Of a stretch of 64,000 nucleotides of DNA, positions 1 to 11,151 are shown one piece after another (positions within the stretch are counted from its first letter, which is position 1; the number at the start of each line of letters is the position of its first letter). Below the pieces are notes generated by a model. The model had not been told where the DNA came from. It did no database searches and saw nothing but the letters and a program-made list of their open reading frames with translations. Source of the DNA: Escherichia phage vB_EcoM-ZQ3; the sequence record MW630116.1. The stretch is one strand, 5' to 3'. A program made the position numbers and the translations under genes.

Positions 1-29
1 ATAAATAATCCATAACAAGAGGAAAAGTT

Positions 30-740
30 ATGGATTATTCTAAAATTTACAATAACCTTATTTCTAAAGCTAAGAACAGAAAATTAGATTGCTATACCGA
101 ATCACACCATATTATACCTCTGTGTATTGGTGGTTCTGATACAAAGGAAAACCTGGTAGATTTGACACCCGAAGAGCATTACATAGCTCATCAATTATTA
201 GTAAAGATATATCCAGATAATTATAAATTGGTATTTGCCGCTAATATGATGTGTGTTTATTCTGAAGATAATATTGAACGAAAGAACACCAATAAACGCC
301 ATGGGTGGCTTAGAAGAAAATTGGCTATTTCTGTATCTGAAAATAATAAAGGCAAACCAGCTTGGAACAAAGGTATTCCGGTAACTGACGAGCATAGAGA
401 AAAACTTCAAACAACTTGGGTATTTACTTTCCCAGACGGTCATGAAGAAATCCATAAAGGCCTAAGAGAATTTTGCGAACTACATTCACTCAATGCTTCG
501 GCAATGTCGGCCGTATGCAAAGGCAAAAGGTCTCAACATAAAGGCTTTAAGTGTCGAAAGCTTGATAATATCTCTGAAAACGATAATCAAGAATACGTCA
601 GTAAACCTCATCCAAAGGGATTAAAACCCCATAACTTAATTGCTGTAAAAATAAACGGTATAGAATATCAATCAATACATCGAGCATCTAAAGCTCTAGG
701 AATATCTCGAAAAAAGGTAGAAGAATTAAATGAATATTGA
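30..740 (+). CDS. HNH-family homing endonuclease (mobE-like), inserted inside nrdA
   Basis: 236 aa; HNH motif HHIIPLCIGGSDTKENLVDLTPEEHYIAH near N-terminus; basic HTH-like C-terminal tail; SD GAGGAAAA before ATG; TGA stop overlaps the ATG of the downstream nrdA fragment. Confidence 0.8.
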   Translation: MDYSKIYNNLISKAKNRKLDCYTESHHIIPLCIGGSDTKENLVDLTPEEHYIAHQLLVKIYPDNYKLVFAANMMCVYSEDNIERKNTNKRHGWLRRKLAISVSENNKGKPAWNKGIPVTDEHREKLQTTWVFTFPDGHEEIHKGLREFCELHSLNASAMSAVCKGKRSQHKGFKCRKLDNISENDNQEYVSKPHPKGLKPHNLIAVKINGIEYQSIHRASKALGISRKKVEELNEY

Positions 741-1719
741 TTATGAATTTGTAGATGAATTTTACGAAGATGATGAGTATACAACAATACAAGTTATTGA
801 AAACAAAGGTGAAGTGGGCCTCTGCACTCTTTCTGCCTTTGTTCTTGATAAATTTGATTGGCAAGACCAAGATAAAATTAATGAACTTGCTGAAGTACAA
901 GTACGTGCACTTGATAACCTGTTAGACTATCAAGATTATCCGGTTCCAGAAGCTTTAAAAGCTAAAAAGCGTCGAAACCTCGGGGTTGGTGTTACGAACT
1001 ATGCTGCATGGTTAGCTTCTAACTTTGCTTCATATGAAGACGCTAACGATTTGACTCATGAATTGTTTGAGAGATTGCAATATGGCCTTATCAAAGCTTC
1101 AATCAAACTCGCCAAAGAAAAAGGACCTTGTGAGTATTATTCAGACACTAAATGGTCTAGAGGCGAATTACCTATCGATTGGTACAATAAAAAGATTGAC
1201 CAAATCGCAGCCCCGAACTACGTCTGTGACTGGGAAGAACTTCGAGCTGAACTCAAAGAACATGGAATTCGTAACTCAACGTTGTCTGCACTCATGCCTT
1301 GTGAGTCAAGCAGTCAAGTATCAAACTCTACAAACGGGATTGAGCCCCCGCGCGGTCCGGTAAGTATTAAAGAATCTAAAGAAGGAAACTTCCGTCAGGT
1401 TGTTCCTAATATAGAACATAACATGAGTCTTTACGACTACGCGTGGAAACTTGCTAAGAAAGGTAATAAACCTTATTTGACCCAAGTTGCTATCATGTTG
1501 AAATGGGTGTGCCAATCTGCTTCTGCTAATACTTACTATGACCCTGCAGTATTTGAGAAAGGTAAAGTGCCAATGTCAGTAATGCTTGACGATCTGCTTT
1601 ACTTCTGGTACTTTGGCGGAAAAAACCTCTACTATCATAACACTCGTGATGGGTCAGGTACAGATGACTATGAATTAGAAACACCTAAAGCTGAAGATTG
1701 TTCTGCTTGTAAGCTTTAA
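730..1719 (+). CDS. nrdA: ribonucleotide reductase large subunit, C-terminal fragment (NrdA-b of an apparently split nrdA)
   Basis: 329 aa aligning to the C-terminal ~330 residues of class Ia NrdA: ENKGEVGLCTLSAF (E. coli Cys462 region), RNSTLSALMP, NGIEPPRG, YYHNTRDG, C-terminal CSAC redox pair; the NxCxE active-site loop must lie upstream of the window. Confidence 0.85.
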   Translation: MNIDYEFVDEFYEDDEYTTIQVIENKGEVGLCTLSAFVLDKFDWQDQDKINELAEVQVRALDNLLDYQDYPVPEALKAKKRRNLGVGVTNYAAWLASNFASYEDANDLTHELFERLQYGLIKASIKLAKEKGPCEYYSDTKWSRGELPIDWYNKKIDQIAAPNYVCDWEELRAELKEHGIRNSTLSALMPCESSSQVSNSTNGIEPPRGPVSIKESKEGNFRQVVPNIEHNMSLYDYAWKLAKKGNKPYLTQVAIMLKWVCQSASANTYYDPAVFEKGKVPMSVMLDDLLYFWYFGGKNLYYHNTRDGSGTDDYELETPKAEDCSACKL

Positions 1720-1774
1720 GACTTTTGATTATAATTTACTCATGGATGAGTTAATAACTAAGTGAGAAAATATA

Positions 1775-2953
1775 ATGAGTACAGTTTTTAACACACAACA
1801 AGTCGATGTTTTGAATGAACCAATGTTCTTTGGTTCTGGTCTTGGCCTCGCACGTTATGATATTCAGCGACATAAAGTTTTTGAAGAACTTATTGAAAAG
1901 CAATTGTCGTTTTTCTGGCGCCCAGAAGAGGTAAACTTGATGTTGGACTCTGCGCAGTTCAATAAGCTTCCTCAGTTCCAACAGGACATCTTTACAAACA
2001 ATCTTAAGTATCAATCATTATTAGATTCTATCCAAGGCAGGGCCCCATCTGCGGTACTTATGGCACTGATTTCCGACCCTTCATTAGATACGTGGGTTGC
2101 AACATGGACATTCAGTGAAACTATTCACTCTCGTTCGTACACTCATATTATGCGAAATCTTTATACCGATCCATCTAAGGTATTTGATGAAATTGTATTA
2201 GACGAAGCAATCATGAAACGAGCTGAATCAATAGGTAAATATTACGATGATGTTCTGGTTAAAACTCGTTATTGGGAAAACGCTAAAGCCGATATCGAAT
2301 ACCAAAAAGAAATTAATGCAGACGAAGACGTTATTGAAGATGCTATTGAGCATGAGACATATTGGAAGCGTGAGCTAATGAAATCTCTTTATCTTTGCCT
2401 TCATGTAATTAACGCCTTAGAAGCTATTCGTTTTTACGTATCATTTGCATGTACTTTCAACTTCCATAAAAATATGGAAATTATGGAAGGTAATGCAAAG
2501 ATTATGAAGTTCATTGCTCGTGACGAACAACTCCATCTCAAGGGTACTCAGTACATTATCCGTCAACTTCAATCTGGTACTGACGGTGATGAGTGGGTTC
2601 AAATTGCTAAAGAATGTGAACAAGAAGCAGTTGACATTTTTATGGAAGTAAATAGTCAAGAGAAGGAATGGGCTGCACACCTCTTTAAAGATGGTACATG
2701 TCCAGGTATCAATACGCAGAGTATGTGTGCTTTTGTTGATTACTTGACTGTGTCTCGTATGAAACAGTGTGGTTTGCCATGTCCAATTACTGATGCTCCG
2801 ACCAAGCATCCGTATCCTTGGATTCGTGAATATCTGAACTCTGATTTAGTTCAAGCAGCTCCTCAGGAAGTTGAAATCAGTTCTTATCTTGTCGCACAAA
2901 TTGATAATGATGTAGACCAAAATGTAATCAATTCATACAAAAAATATTTCTAA
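1775..2953 (+). CDS. nrdB: ribonucleotide reductase small subunit NrdB, uninterrupted (no intron)
   Basis: 392 aa (T4 NrdB ~388 aa); di-iron/radical helices (HSRSYTHI, ALEAIRFYVSF, ARDEQLHL); continuous reading frame. Confidence 0.9.
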   Translation: MSTVFNTQQVDVLNEPMFFGSGLGLARYDIQRHKVFEELIEKQLSFFWRPEEVNLMLDSAQFNKLPQFQQDIFTNNLKYQSLLDSIQGRAPSAVLMALISDPSLDTWVATWTFSETIHSRSYTHIMRNLYTDPSKVFDEIVLDEAIMKRAESIGKYYDDVLVKTRYWENAKADIEYQKEINADEDVIEDAIEHETYWKRELMKSLYLCLHVINALEAIRFYVSFACTFNFHKNMEIMEGNAKIMKFIARDEQLHLKGTQYIIRQLQSGTDGDEWVQIAKECEQEAVDIFMEVNSQEKEWAAHLFKDGTCPGINTQSMCAFVDYLTVSRMKQCGLPCPITDAPTKHPYPWIREYLNSDLVQAAPQEVEISSYLVAQIDNDVDQNVINSYKKYF

Positions 2954-2954
2954 G

Positions 2955-2979
2955 GACGGGACTTCGGTCCCACTTTATT
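2955..2979 (+). terminator. hairpin GGGAC-UUCG-GUCCC followed by U-rich tract after nrdB
   Basis: perfect 5-bp GC stem with UUCG tetraloop then ACTTTATT. Confidence 0.5.
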
Positions 2980-3390
2980 ATGAAAGATATCGCCGCCGAA
3001 TATTCCTTTATTAAATATACAGAATTGGAGCTATTAGAAGATGCAACAATTAAAACAGTTGATGTCCCTAATAAGAAAAATGTCATATATGCTATTGCTA
3101 TAGATGACGAACTTGTGTATATTGGTAAAACCAAGAATTTAAAGAAACGCATTAACTATTATCGAACAGCCATAAATCGAAAAGACCAGACTTCAGATTC
3201 AAGAAAATCACTTATGATTTTGGATGCCTTAATGCAAGGCAAAAAGGTTGAATTCTGGGCCCGCCAATGTTTTGACCTTTCAGTCACCAACGAACTTGGT
3301 TCAATGACCATCGCAACAATGGACCTTGAAGAACCACTTTTTATCAAAAAGTTCAACCCGCCTTGGAATATCCAACATAAGAAAAAGTAG
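2980..3390 (+). CDS. denA: endonuclease II (GIY-YIG family)
   Basis: 136 aa, same length as T4 DenA; GIY-YIG-like segment VIYAIAIDDELVYIGKTKNLKKRINYY; located between nrdB and rnlA as in T4. Confidence 0.8.
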   Translation: MKDIAAEYSFIKYTELELLEDATIKTVDVPNKKNVIYAIAIDDELVYIGKTKNLKKRINYYRTAINRKDQTSDSRKSLMILDALMQGKKVEFWARQCFDLSVTNELGSMTIATMDLEEPLFIKKFNPPWNIQHKKK

Positions 3391-3419
3391 TTTACATACC
3401 ACAAGGATTGTGGTACAAT
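3390..3419 (+). promoter_or_regulatory. T4-type early promoter
   Basis: GTTTACA (-35), 18-nt spacer, TG-extended TACAAT (-10), ~30 nt upstream of rnlA. Confidence 0.7.
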
Positions 3420-3437
3420 TTAAAAAAAACTAACTGA

Positions 3438-4571
<1,134 letters not shown>

Positions 4572-4573
4572 TG

Positions 4574-4603
4574 GTTTACAAACACCAAGGAAGGTGTTAC
4601 TAT
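4574..4603 (+). promoter_or_regulatory. T4-type early promoter
   Basis: GTTTACA, 18-nt spacer, TGTTACTAT. Confidence 0.7.
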
Positions 4604-4633
4604 GGTTTTTATCAACAACACGAGGAGAAAATT

Positions 4634-5134
4634 ATGAATATGCAATTGATTACTAACGATATGGTTGTGGCAGCATTTGGTGATTCTACAGATGGAATCC
4701 GAGTCTTTAAGAAAGGACGTCCAGTTGGTTATCTTACTGACCTACGTGTTACTCTAGCGAAAAATGCTAAAAAGAAGTTAAAGCAAAAGGAATATTCAAC
4801 ACGTTACACCGAAGAGAAACGTGAAGCGATGCCGGAAGCAGTTAATGCCATGGTAGAATTTCTTCAAAACAATTTGACTAAATATGACGCTAATGTGTTC
4901 ATTAATATTAGTCAACCAAATGTACATATCGCAGGTATAAAATTCTACATTATTTGCGACCCTCTTACCGACAAATTCAACCGCCTCGGAATTTCAAGTC
5001 CATATCATACAGCAGAAGAGTTGTGTGTATTGTTTGAATCGTACAAAATCCAGTGCGATGGTCCGAAAACCGTTCTTATCAATGGATTATCCCGAGATGA
5101 AATCATTGAGATTATTAAAACATGCTTAAAGTAA
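4634..5134 (+). CDS. alc: Alc-like protein (host transcription shutoff on cytosine DNA)
   Basis: 166 aa from ATG 4634 with SD GAGGAGA (ORF-track start 4571 lies upstream of the promoter -10); size and position immediately after rnlA match T4 alc; sequence identity not verifiable from memory. Confidence 0.6.
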   Translation: MNMQLITNDMVVAAFGDSTDGIRVFKKGRPVGYLTDLRVTLAKNAKKKLKQKEYSTRYTEEKREAMPEAVNAMVEFLQNNLTKYDANVFINISQPNVHIAGIKFYIICDPLTDKFNRLGISSPYHTAEELCVLFESYKIQCDGPKTVLINGLSRDEIIEIIKTCLK

Positions 5135-5478
5135 ATCCGATTTATGCTATAGTAGCAGCTTTTGCTCTAGTTTCTACGGTAACAATAGTTGTCTTAAACA
5201 ACAAAGTTGATTCGTTGAATACTGAATTAGCTTCTGTCAAAGAGACCGCTAAAAACAATGCTAAAGTATTAGACGACTTCAAGGTTCAATATCAGTCAAT
5301 CGAAGAAATGACTTATAAGAACCGTGTTTTAGTTGACCAACTTAAGGCCGAAAATGAAAAGCTCCGTAAGGATTCGAAGAAGAAGAACGTGGTGGCAAGT
5401 AAACCAGGATTGGTCGAAAAACAAATCAACAAGTCCTTCGATTCCTTTGCAGAAGACCTCAGGAAGCTCTCAGAATGA
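5122..5478 (+). CDS. i-spanin (inner-membrane spanin, pseT.3 position)
   Basis: 118 aa; N-terminal TM helix IYAIVAAFALVSTVTIVVL then coiled-coil periplasmic domain; followed by overlapping lipoprotein gene. Confidence 0.65.
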   Translation: MLKVNPIYAIVAAFALVSTVTIVVLNNKVDSLNTELASVKETAKNNAKVLDDFKVQYQSIEEMTYKNRVLVDQLKAENEKLRKDSKKKNVVASKPGLVEKQINKSFDSFAEDLRKLSE

Positions 5479-5765
5479 TTAAATTAACCGCAGTTGTATT
5501 ATCTATTAGTATTTTGGCTGGATGTGCCCAGGATGTGCCCTTAAGCCCTAAAGAAACTTTACATCCGCCATGGCCTGAATCTATTGTTGAATATAACCAG
5601 AAATGGCAAGTAAAGGTTATTGATGGTAATCCGTGGGTTGGAATGCCGTTTGAAGACTCTCAAGAATTTCGTATCTGGTTAAACGATGTAAAAAGATATG
5701 TACATGACCAGAAGACTATGATATGTTATTATCGTAGTGGTTTAAAAGAGGAAAAATGCCAATGA
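5475..5765 (+). CDS. o-spanin (outer-membrane lipoprotein spanin, pseT.2 position)
   Basis: 96 aa; signal peptide with lipobox LAGC; start overlaps i-spanin stop (ATGA). Confidence 0.65.
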   Translation: MIKLTAVVLSISILAGCAQDVPLSPKETLHPPWPESIVEYNQKWQVKVIDGNPWVGMPFEDSQEFRIWLNDVKRYVHDQKTMICYYRSGLKEEKCQ

Positions 5766-5980
5766 CTAAAGAACAACATGAATACATTAAAGGGCTTATC
5801 TATGAATCTGAAATGGCGGCTATGATTTATGGGCGCCAGATTCAACGATTAGAATCTTTGCCTCCGACTAATGACCGATTGTTAGTTCAGTCTCGTGCTA
5901 ATCTGAAAAATGAATATCAGAATAAGTGGGCAGTAGCGACTAAAGCTCTTCACGAGTATATTGAATCTTTAGTAAAATAG
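5756..5980 (+). CDS. hypothetical protein (pseT.1 position)
   Basis: 74 aa ORF, SD AAGAGGAAAA before ATG. Confidence 0.45.
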   Translation: MPMTKEQHEYIKGLIYESEMAAMIYGRQIQRLESLPPTNDRLLVQSRANLKNEYQNKWAVATKALHEYIESLVK

Positions 5981-6009
5981 TTTACAAACTCTCAGGAGCA
6001 GAGTATAAT
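5980..6009 (+). promoter_or_regulatory. T4-type early promoter
   Basis: GTTTACA, 18-nt spacer, GAGTATAAT. Confidence 0.7.
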
Positions 6010-6037
6010 GCTCCTATGGATAATTGAGGAAATCTAA

Positions 6038-6336
6038 ATGAAAACATTACTAGAGAATTACATCAAACGGTCTGATGAGTATATTGATATCTGTCGTGGA
6101 ATGTCACTCGGCAATTATGACAAAGATGCAGCAAAGGCACTAGATGAAGCAGGTAAAGCTCTTCGTAAAGCTGCTAAAGAAAAAGGGTTGGATTTGCAAC
6201 AACTCAAAAGTCATATGATTAAATTTATTTCTTCAAACGTTAGAAGTACGTCAATTAATAAAAACGTTGCTGAAATTAATAAAGACCGGCGCGAGCATAA
6301 CATTCGTATTCTTGAAATTTTCTTAGGAATAAAATA

Positions 6337-6337
<1 letters not shown>
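6038..6337 (+). CDS. hypothetical protein
   Basis: 99 aa ORF with SD GAGGAAA; own early promoter upstream. Confidence 0.45.
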
Positions 6338-7419
<1,082 letters not shown>

Positions 7420-7420
<1 letters not shown>

Positions 7421-7611
7421 TGAAACGATTATATGAAGTGATTGAGGCCATCGAACAGCATAAAGAATATTTGTTTGTAGCCTGGCCTTTAGTAAATGGA
7501 CAGTTCGGTATTGATGTGCTGGACTATGAGCATGAAGAACGTTTGGACGGTGGTATATTTGATAACGTCGACCAGGCAATTGAATGGTTAAATGAAAACT
7601 ATGTACGATAA
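7420..7611 (+). CDS. hypothetical protein (cd.x region)
   Basis: 63 aa ORF, ATG overlaps pseT stop. Confidence 0.4.
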
Positions 7612-7816
7612 ACATCATGAAATCGAAGATGAAGCATACAAAATGCTTCGTAAACTAGTGGGACTTAATATGAGTCCTACATTAATCAACAAACTCGCAG
7701 GAATTCGTAATGATCTGAATACTCGTTACAAAGGTGAATATCATGTAGAGTTTGTTCCTGTAGGTGAACCGACCGAGCGATTTGTTGTTCGAGTTAAAGT
7801 AAATACTGTACACTGA
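7592..7816 (+). CDS. hypothetical protein (cd.x region)
   Basis: 74 aa ORF; alternative in-frame ATG at 7601. Confidence 0.4.
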   Translation: MKTMYDKHHEIEDEAYKMLRKLVGLNMSPTLINKLAGIRNDLNTRYKGEYHVEFVPVGEPTERFVVRVKVNTVH

Positions 7817-7823
7817 GGTAATT

Positions 7824-8099
7824 ATGTTCCCAACTTATTCTGAAATTGTAAAGGTAGTCTTCAGTCAGATTATTGCTAATAATATGTTTGAAGTGCTTGA
7901 TAATGCAGCCGAACTCAGAGTTCATGCTCAACTAACTCATGTACTCAATGCTTTGCTCCCAGACCAAGTAGATTCTATTGCTATTACTCTTCTCCCTGGG
8001 TCTGCACACGTCATAGTGGTATTTGATCTTGACGGCGATTTAGTTATCCAATGTGATATCAATTTCGGTACACAAAAAATTGAATGCAAAGCAATTTAA
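7824..8099 (+). CDS. hypothetical protein (cd.x region)
   Basis: 91 aa ORF with SD GAGGTAA. Confidence 0.4.
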   Translation: MFPTYSEIVKVVFSQIIANNMFEVLDNAAELRVHAQLTHVLNALLPDQVDSIAITLLPGSAHVIVVFDLDGDLVIQCDINFGTQKIECKAI

Positions 8100-8101
8100 T
8101 G

Positions 8102-8131
8102 GTTTACAACATGGTGGAGTTGTGATACTAT
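8102..8131 (+). promoter_or_regulatory. T4-type early promoter
   Basis: GTTTAC, 18-nt spacer, TGTGATACTAT. Confidence 0.7.
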
Positions 8132-8159
8132 AACTCTACCAACAAATGAGGAAATAGAA

Positions 8160-8396
8160 ATGCTAAGTGAAAACCCAATTACAGTACACGAATTTCAGAT
8201 TAAAGTAAAAGAATTTGCTCAAGCACTCATCAATAAAGTGTCTGAACGTTTCCAAGATGCAACATTACGAGTTATTCAAGAATCTCCACGTTCTTTTCTC
8301 ATAATCGTTAATCCTAAAGATGGTGACCAAATTACTAATCTTAAATTAGGCAGTGATGGTCTTGTTGAAGCAACTCGAGTATATGGAACACTATAA
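8160..8396 (+). CDS. hypothetical protein
   Basis: 78 aa ORF with SD GAGGAAA. Confidence 0.45.
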   Translation: MLSENPITVHEFQIKVKEFAQALINKVSERFQDATLRVIQESPRSFLIIVNPKDGDQITNLKLGSDGLVEATRVYGTL

Positions 8397-8516
8397 TGAG
8401 AGCTATCTCATTACTATCGTGAATGGTCATAAATCTGAGCACTACCAACTTAGCCTGTCTAATCCGGTTAAAGGTATTGTTGAATCAGAATCTGTTTATA
8501 TCTCCTAAGGATTGTT

Positions 8517-9509
8517 ATGTTACCTGTCATCAGAAAACTTATTTCTCCAAAAGAACTGGCTGAGATTATTCCTTTGTCGGAAGCTTACGCATCACAAGTG
8601 GCTTCTCATCGCGAACAAGTTAATTCGATTATGAACGGTGAAGACCCACGCAAACTTATTGTTGTAGGTCCTTGTTCAATTCATGACCCTATTGCTGCTG
8701 TTGAATACGGCAAACGTCTGGCTGAACTTCAAACTCGTCTTCCTAATGTTCTGTTAGTGATGCGCGTTTATTTTGAAAAGCCTCGAACTACCGTAGGTTG
8801 GAAAGGTCTTGTAAATGATCCATATCTTGACGGAAGTTTTGATATGAACCACGGTCTTATAGTTGCACGAACATTGTGTCGTAAACTTCTACGTATGGGA
8901 CTTCCATTAGCAACTGAAGTATTAGACCCATTCACGATTAAGTATCTTTCTGGTATTTTCTCATGGGTTGCTATTGGCGCCCGTACGACTGAAAGTCAGA
9001 CACATCGTGAAATTGCTTCAGGTCTACCGATGTGCGTAGGCTTCAAGAACGCAACCAATGGTTCTATTAAAGTAGCTACAGACGCGATGTATAGTGCCGC
9101 CTGGCCTCATCGGTATATGGGTATGGACGTCGATGGTACTGTAGGCATTGTTGAAGCTGAAGGTAATCAGAATACGCATATCGTATTGCGTGGCGGGACT
9201 AACGGCCCGAACTATCATTCTTCTGATATTCAAGAAGCTTCTAACAAAGCAAGTGCATTAGGTCTGAATCATTATGTAATGGTTGACTGTAGCCATGCAA
9301 ACGCTGATGGGTATTATAGCAATCAAATTGGTATTGGTAAAAATTTAGCAGCTAATGATTTGGTCAAAGGAATTATGATAGAATCATTCCTACATGAAGG
9401 AAATCAAAAAATTTCTGATAATATGTCCTATGGCGTTTCCGTTACCGATGCGTGCATCGGTTGGGAACAAACTAAAGAGCTGTTAACTTATATTAATAAG
9501 GTTCAATAA
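8517..9509 (+). CDS. 3-deoxy-D-arabino-heptulosonate-7-phosphate (DAHP) synthase, class I (AroG/AroF/AroH-like)
   Basis: 330 aa; family signatures GPCSIHD, VMRVYFEKPRTTVGWKGL, WVAIGARTTESQTHRE, HIVLRGG, IESFLHEGNQ, TDACIGWE, corresponding to the metal-ligand Cys/His/Glu/Asp of E. coli AroG; SD TAAGGA; stop overlaps cd start. Confidence 0.85.
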   Translation: MLPVIRKLISPKELAEIIPLSEAYASQVASHREQVNSIMNGEDPRKLIVVGPCSIHDPIAAVEYGKRLAELQTRLPNVLLVMRVYFEKPRTTVGWKGLVNDPYLDGSFDMNHGLIVARTLCRKLLRMGLPLATEVLDPFTIKYLSGIFSWVAIGARTTESQTHREIASGLPMCVGFKNATNGSIKVATDAMYSAAWPHRYMGMDVDGTVGIVEAEGNQNTHIVLRGGTNGPNYHSSDIQEASNKASALGLNHYVMVDCSHANADGYYSNQIGIGKNLAANDLVKGIMIESFLHEGNQKISDNMSYGVSVTDACIGWEQTKELLTYINKVQ

Positions 9510-10090
9510 TGAAAGCTAGCACATATCTTCAAATTGCTTATTTGATTTCTCAAGAATCAAAATGTTGTTCATGGAAAGTTGGTGCCGTCATTGAAAAAGA
9601 TGGACGCATTATCTCTACTGGATATAATGGCTCACCCGCAGGTGGCGTTAACTGTTGTGAACATGCATCCGAAAATGGTTGGTTGAAGAATAAACCAAGC
9701 CCGGTCATCGTTGCTGGACATAAAGAAGGCACTACAGCATTTGGACGGGCAGATAATTTTGTTTTGGCTAAAGAACATCGGGCCGCTCATAGTGCATGGT
9801 CTGCCAATAACGAAATCCATGCGGAACTGAATGCAATTTTGTTTGCAGCTCGTAAAGGTAATTCTATTGAAGGTGCTACGTTATATACTACGCTTTCTCC
9901 ATGTCCTGATTGCACTAAAGCTATTACGCAGTCAGGTATTAAAAAGGTTGTATATGCAGAATTATATGACCGATCTCCTGAAAATTGGGCAGACATTCTT
10001 AAACAAGCTGGTATTGAAGTAATTCAGTACTCTCGTAATAATCTTCGTTCTCTGAATTGGGAACAAATCCGAAACTTTTGTGGTGAATAA
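9509..10090 (+). CDS. cd: dCMP deaminase
   Basis: 193 aa = T4 Cd length; zinc-binding deaminase motifs HAELNAI and PCPDC. Confidence 0.9.
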   Translation: MKASTYLQIAYLISQESKCCSWKVGAVIEKDGRIISTGYNGSPAGGVNCCEHASENGWLKNKPSPVIVAGHKEGTTAFGRADNFVLAKEHRAAHSAWSANNEIHAELNAILFAARKGNSIEGATLYTTLSPCPDCTKAITQSGIKKVVYAELYDRSPENWADILKQAGIEVIQYSRNNLRSLNWEQIRNFCGE

Positions 10091-10091
10091 T

Positions 10092-10388
10092 ATGATTTTA
10101 ACTGAACAAGAAACTATGGTTCTTCGTGAACGTATTAAAACTATTCTGTCTGTAGGCGTTCATTGTGTTGTATTTGAAAAGGCTAACGGTGATGTTCGTA
10201 CGATGTTTGCCTCCCGTGATGAACTTGAAGTCAAATACGAAAATAACAATCCGGCAACAGAAGTTCGTTATGAACCTCGTGAATCAGTTCGAGCATTCGA
10301 TACCAAGTTAGGCCAGTGGCGTTCTTTCCGCCTTGATAAAGTAATTTCGGTTGATGGTACTCCGGTAGAACGTTTGCTTCTTATGTAA
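10092..10388 (+). CDS. hypothetical protein (31.x position)
   Basis: 98 aa from ATG 10092 (ORF-track start 10080 is GTG inside the cd stop region). Confidence 0.4.
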   Translation: MILTEQETMVLRERIKTILSVGVHCVVFEKANGDVRTMFASRDELEVKYENNNPATEVRYEPRESVRAFDTKLGQWRSFRLDKVISVDGTPVERLLLM

Positions 10389-10390
10389 TA

Positions 10391-10415
10391 TGCTTTACGA
10401 ATAGTATGGTATTAT
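10391..10415 (+). promoter_or_regulatory. candidate MotA-dependent middle promoter
   Basis: MotA-box-like TGCTTTA, 12-nt spacer, TATTAT, ~30 nt upstream of gene 31. Confidence 0.45.
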
Positions 10416-10445
10416 TAATCTATCGTCAAACAACAAGGAAATAAG

Positions 10446-10778
10446 ATGTCTGAAGTACAACTCCCAATTCGTGCTATTGGTGAATATGTCATTCTGGTTT
10501 CTGAACCTGCTCAAGCAGGTGATGAAGAAGTTACCGAATCAGGACTTGTGATTGGTAAACGTGTTCAAGGTGAAGTTCCTGAACTATGCGTAGTTCATTC
10601 TGTAGGTCCTGATGTTCCTGAAGGTTTTGTTGAAGTAGGTGATTTGACTCCACTACCAGTTGGACAAATTCGAAATGTTCCACATCCATTTGTGGCTTTG
10701 GGACTTAAACAACCTAAAGAAATTAAACAGAAATTCGTAACATGCCACTATAAAGCTATTCCGTGTCTTTATAAGTGA
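10446..10778 (+). CDS. 31: co-chaperonin GroES analogue for capsid folding (gp31)
   Basis: 110 aa (T4 gp31 111 aa); position between cd and rIII. Confidence 0.85.
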   Translation: MSEVQLPIRAIGEYVILVSEPAQAGDEEVTESGLVIGKRVQGEVPELCVVHSVGPDVPEGFVEVGDLTPLPVGQIRNVPHPFVALGLKQPKEIKQKFVTCHYKAIPCLYK

Positions 10779-10786
10779 TATAAATA
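10779..10786 (+). promoter_or_regulatory. candidate late promoter
   Basis: TATAAATA core directly after the gene 31 stop, upstream of rIII. Confidence 0.4.
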
Positions 10787-10902
10787 ACTATATGAAGAGA
10801 ACACTCTTCTAAGCGGTAGCCTACAACTGAGAGACTTGTCGAAAGAAGGTGAAATTCAGACGAACGTGGCTACTAAATATTATCTCGAATTGAGAATTTA
10901 AA

Positions 10903-11151
10903 ATGATTAAACAATTACAACACGCTCTTGAACTGCAACGCAACGCATGGAATAACGGTCACGAAAACTATGGCGCATCTATTGATGTTGAAGCCGAAGC
11001 TCTTGAAATCCTGCGTTATTTCAAACATCTGAACCCAGCACAGGCCGCACTGGCTACTGAACTGGAAGCAAAAGATGAACTGAAATATGCTAAGCCTTTG
11101 GCTTCAGCAGCTCGTAAAGCAGTACGTCATTTTATTATTACCCTGAAGTAA
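10903..11151 (+). CDS. rIII: lysis-inhibition accessory protein rIII
   Basis: 82 aa = T4 RIII length; position after gene 31. Confidence 0.75.
   Translation: MIKQLQHALELQRNAWNNGHENYGASIDVEAEALEILRYFKHLNPAQAALATELEAKDELKYAKPLASAARKAVRHFIITLK

Noticed and set aside
30-740. Possibility that the HNH gene is the ORF of a group I intron in nrdA
   Set aside because: The HNH stop overlaps the ATG of the downstream NrdA fragment and only ~29 nt precede the HNH start after stops in all frames, leaving no room for an intron catalytic core; a split gene fits better
1775-2953. Group I intron with I-TevIII in nrdB, as in T4
   Set aside because: nrdB reads as one continuous 392-aa frame with all iron-ligand helices; no insertion present
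10795-10810. GAAGAG-ACA-CTCTTC hairpin between gene 31 and rIII as a terminator
   Set aside because: No U-run follows; more likely an incidental or RNA-processing hairpin within a read-through transcript
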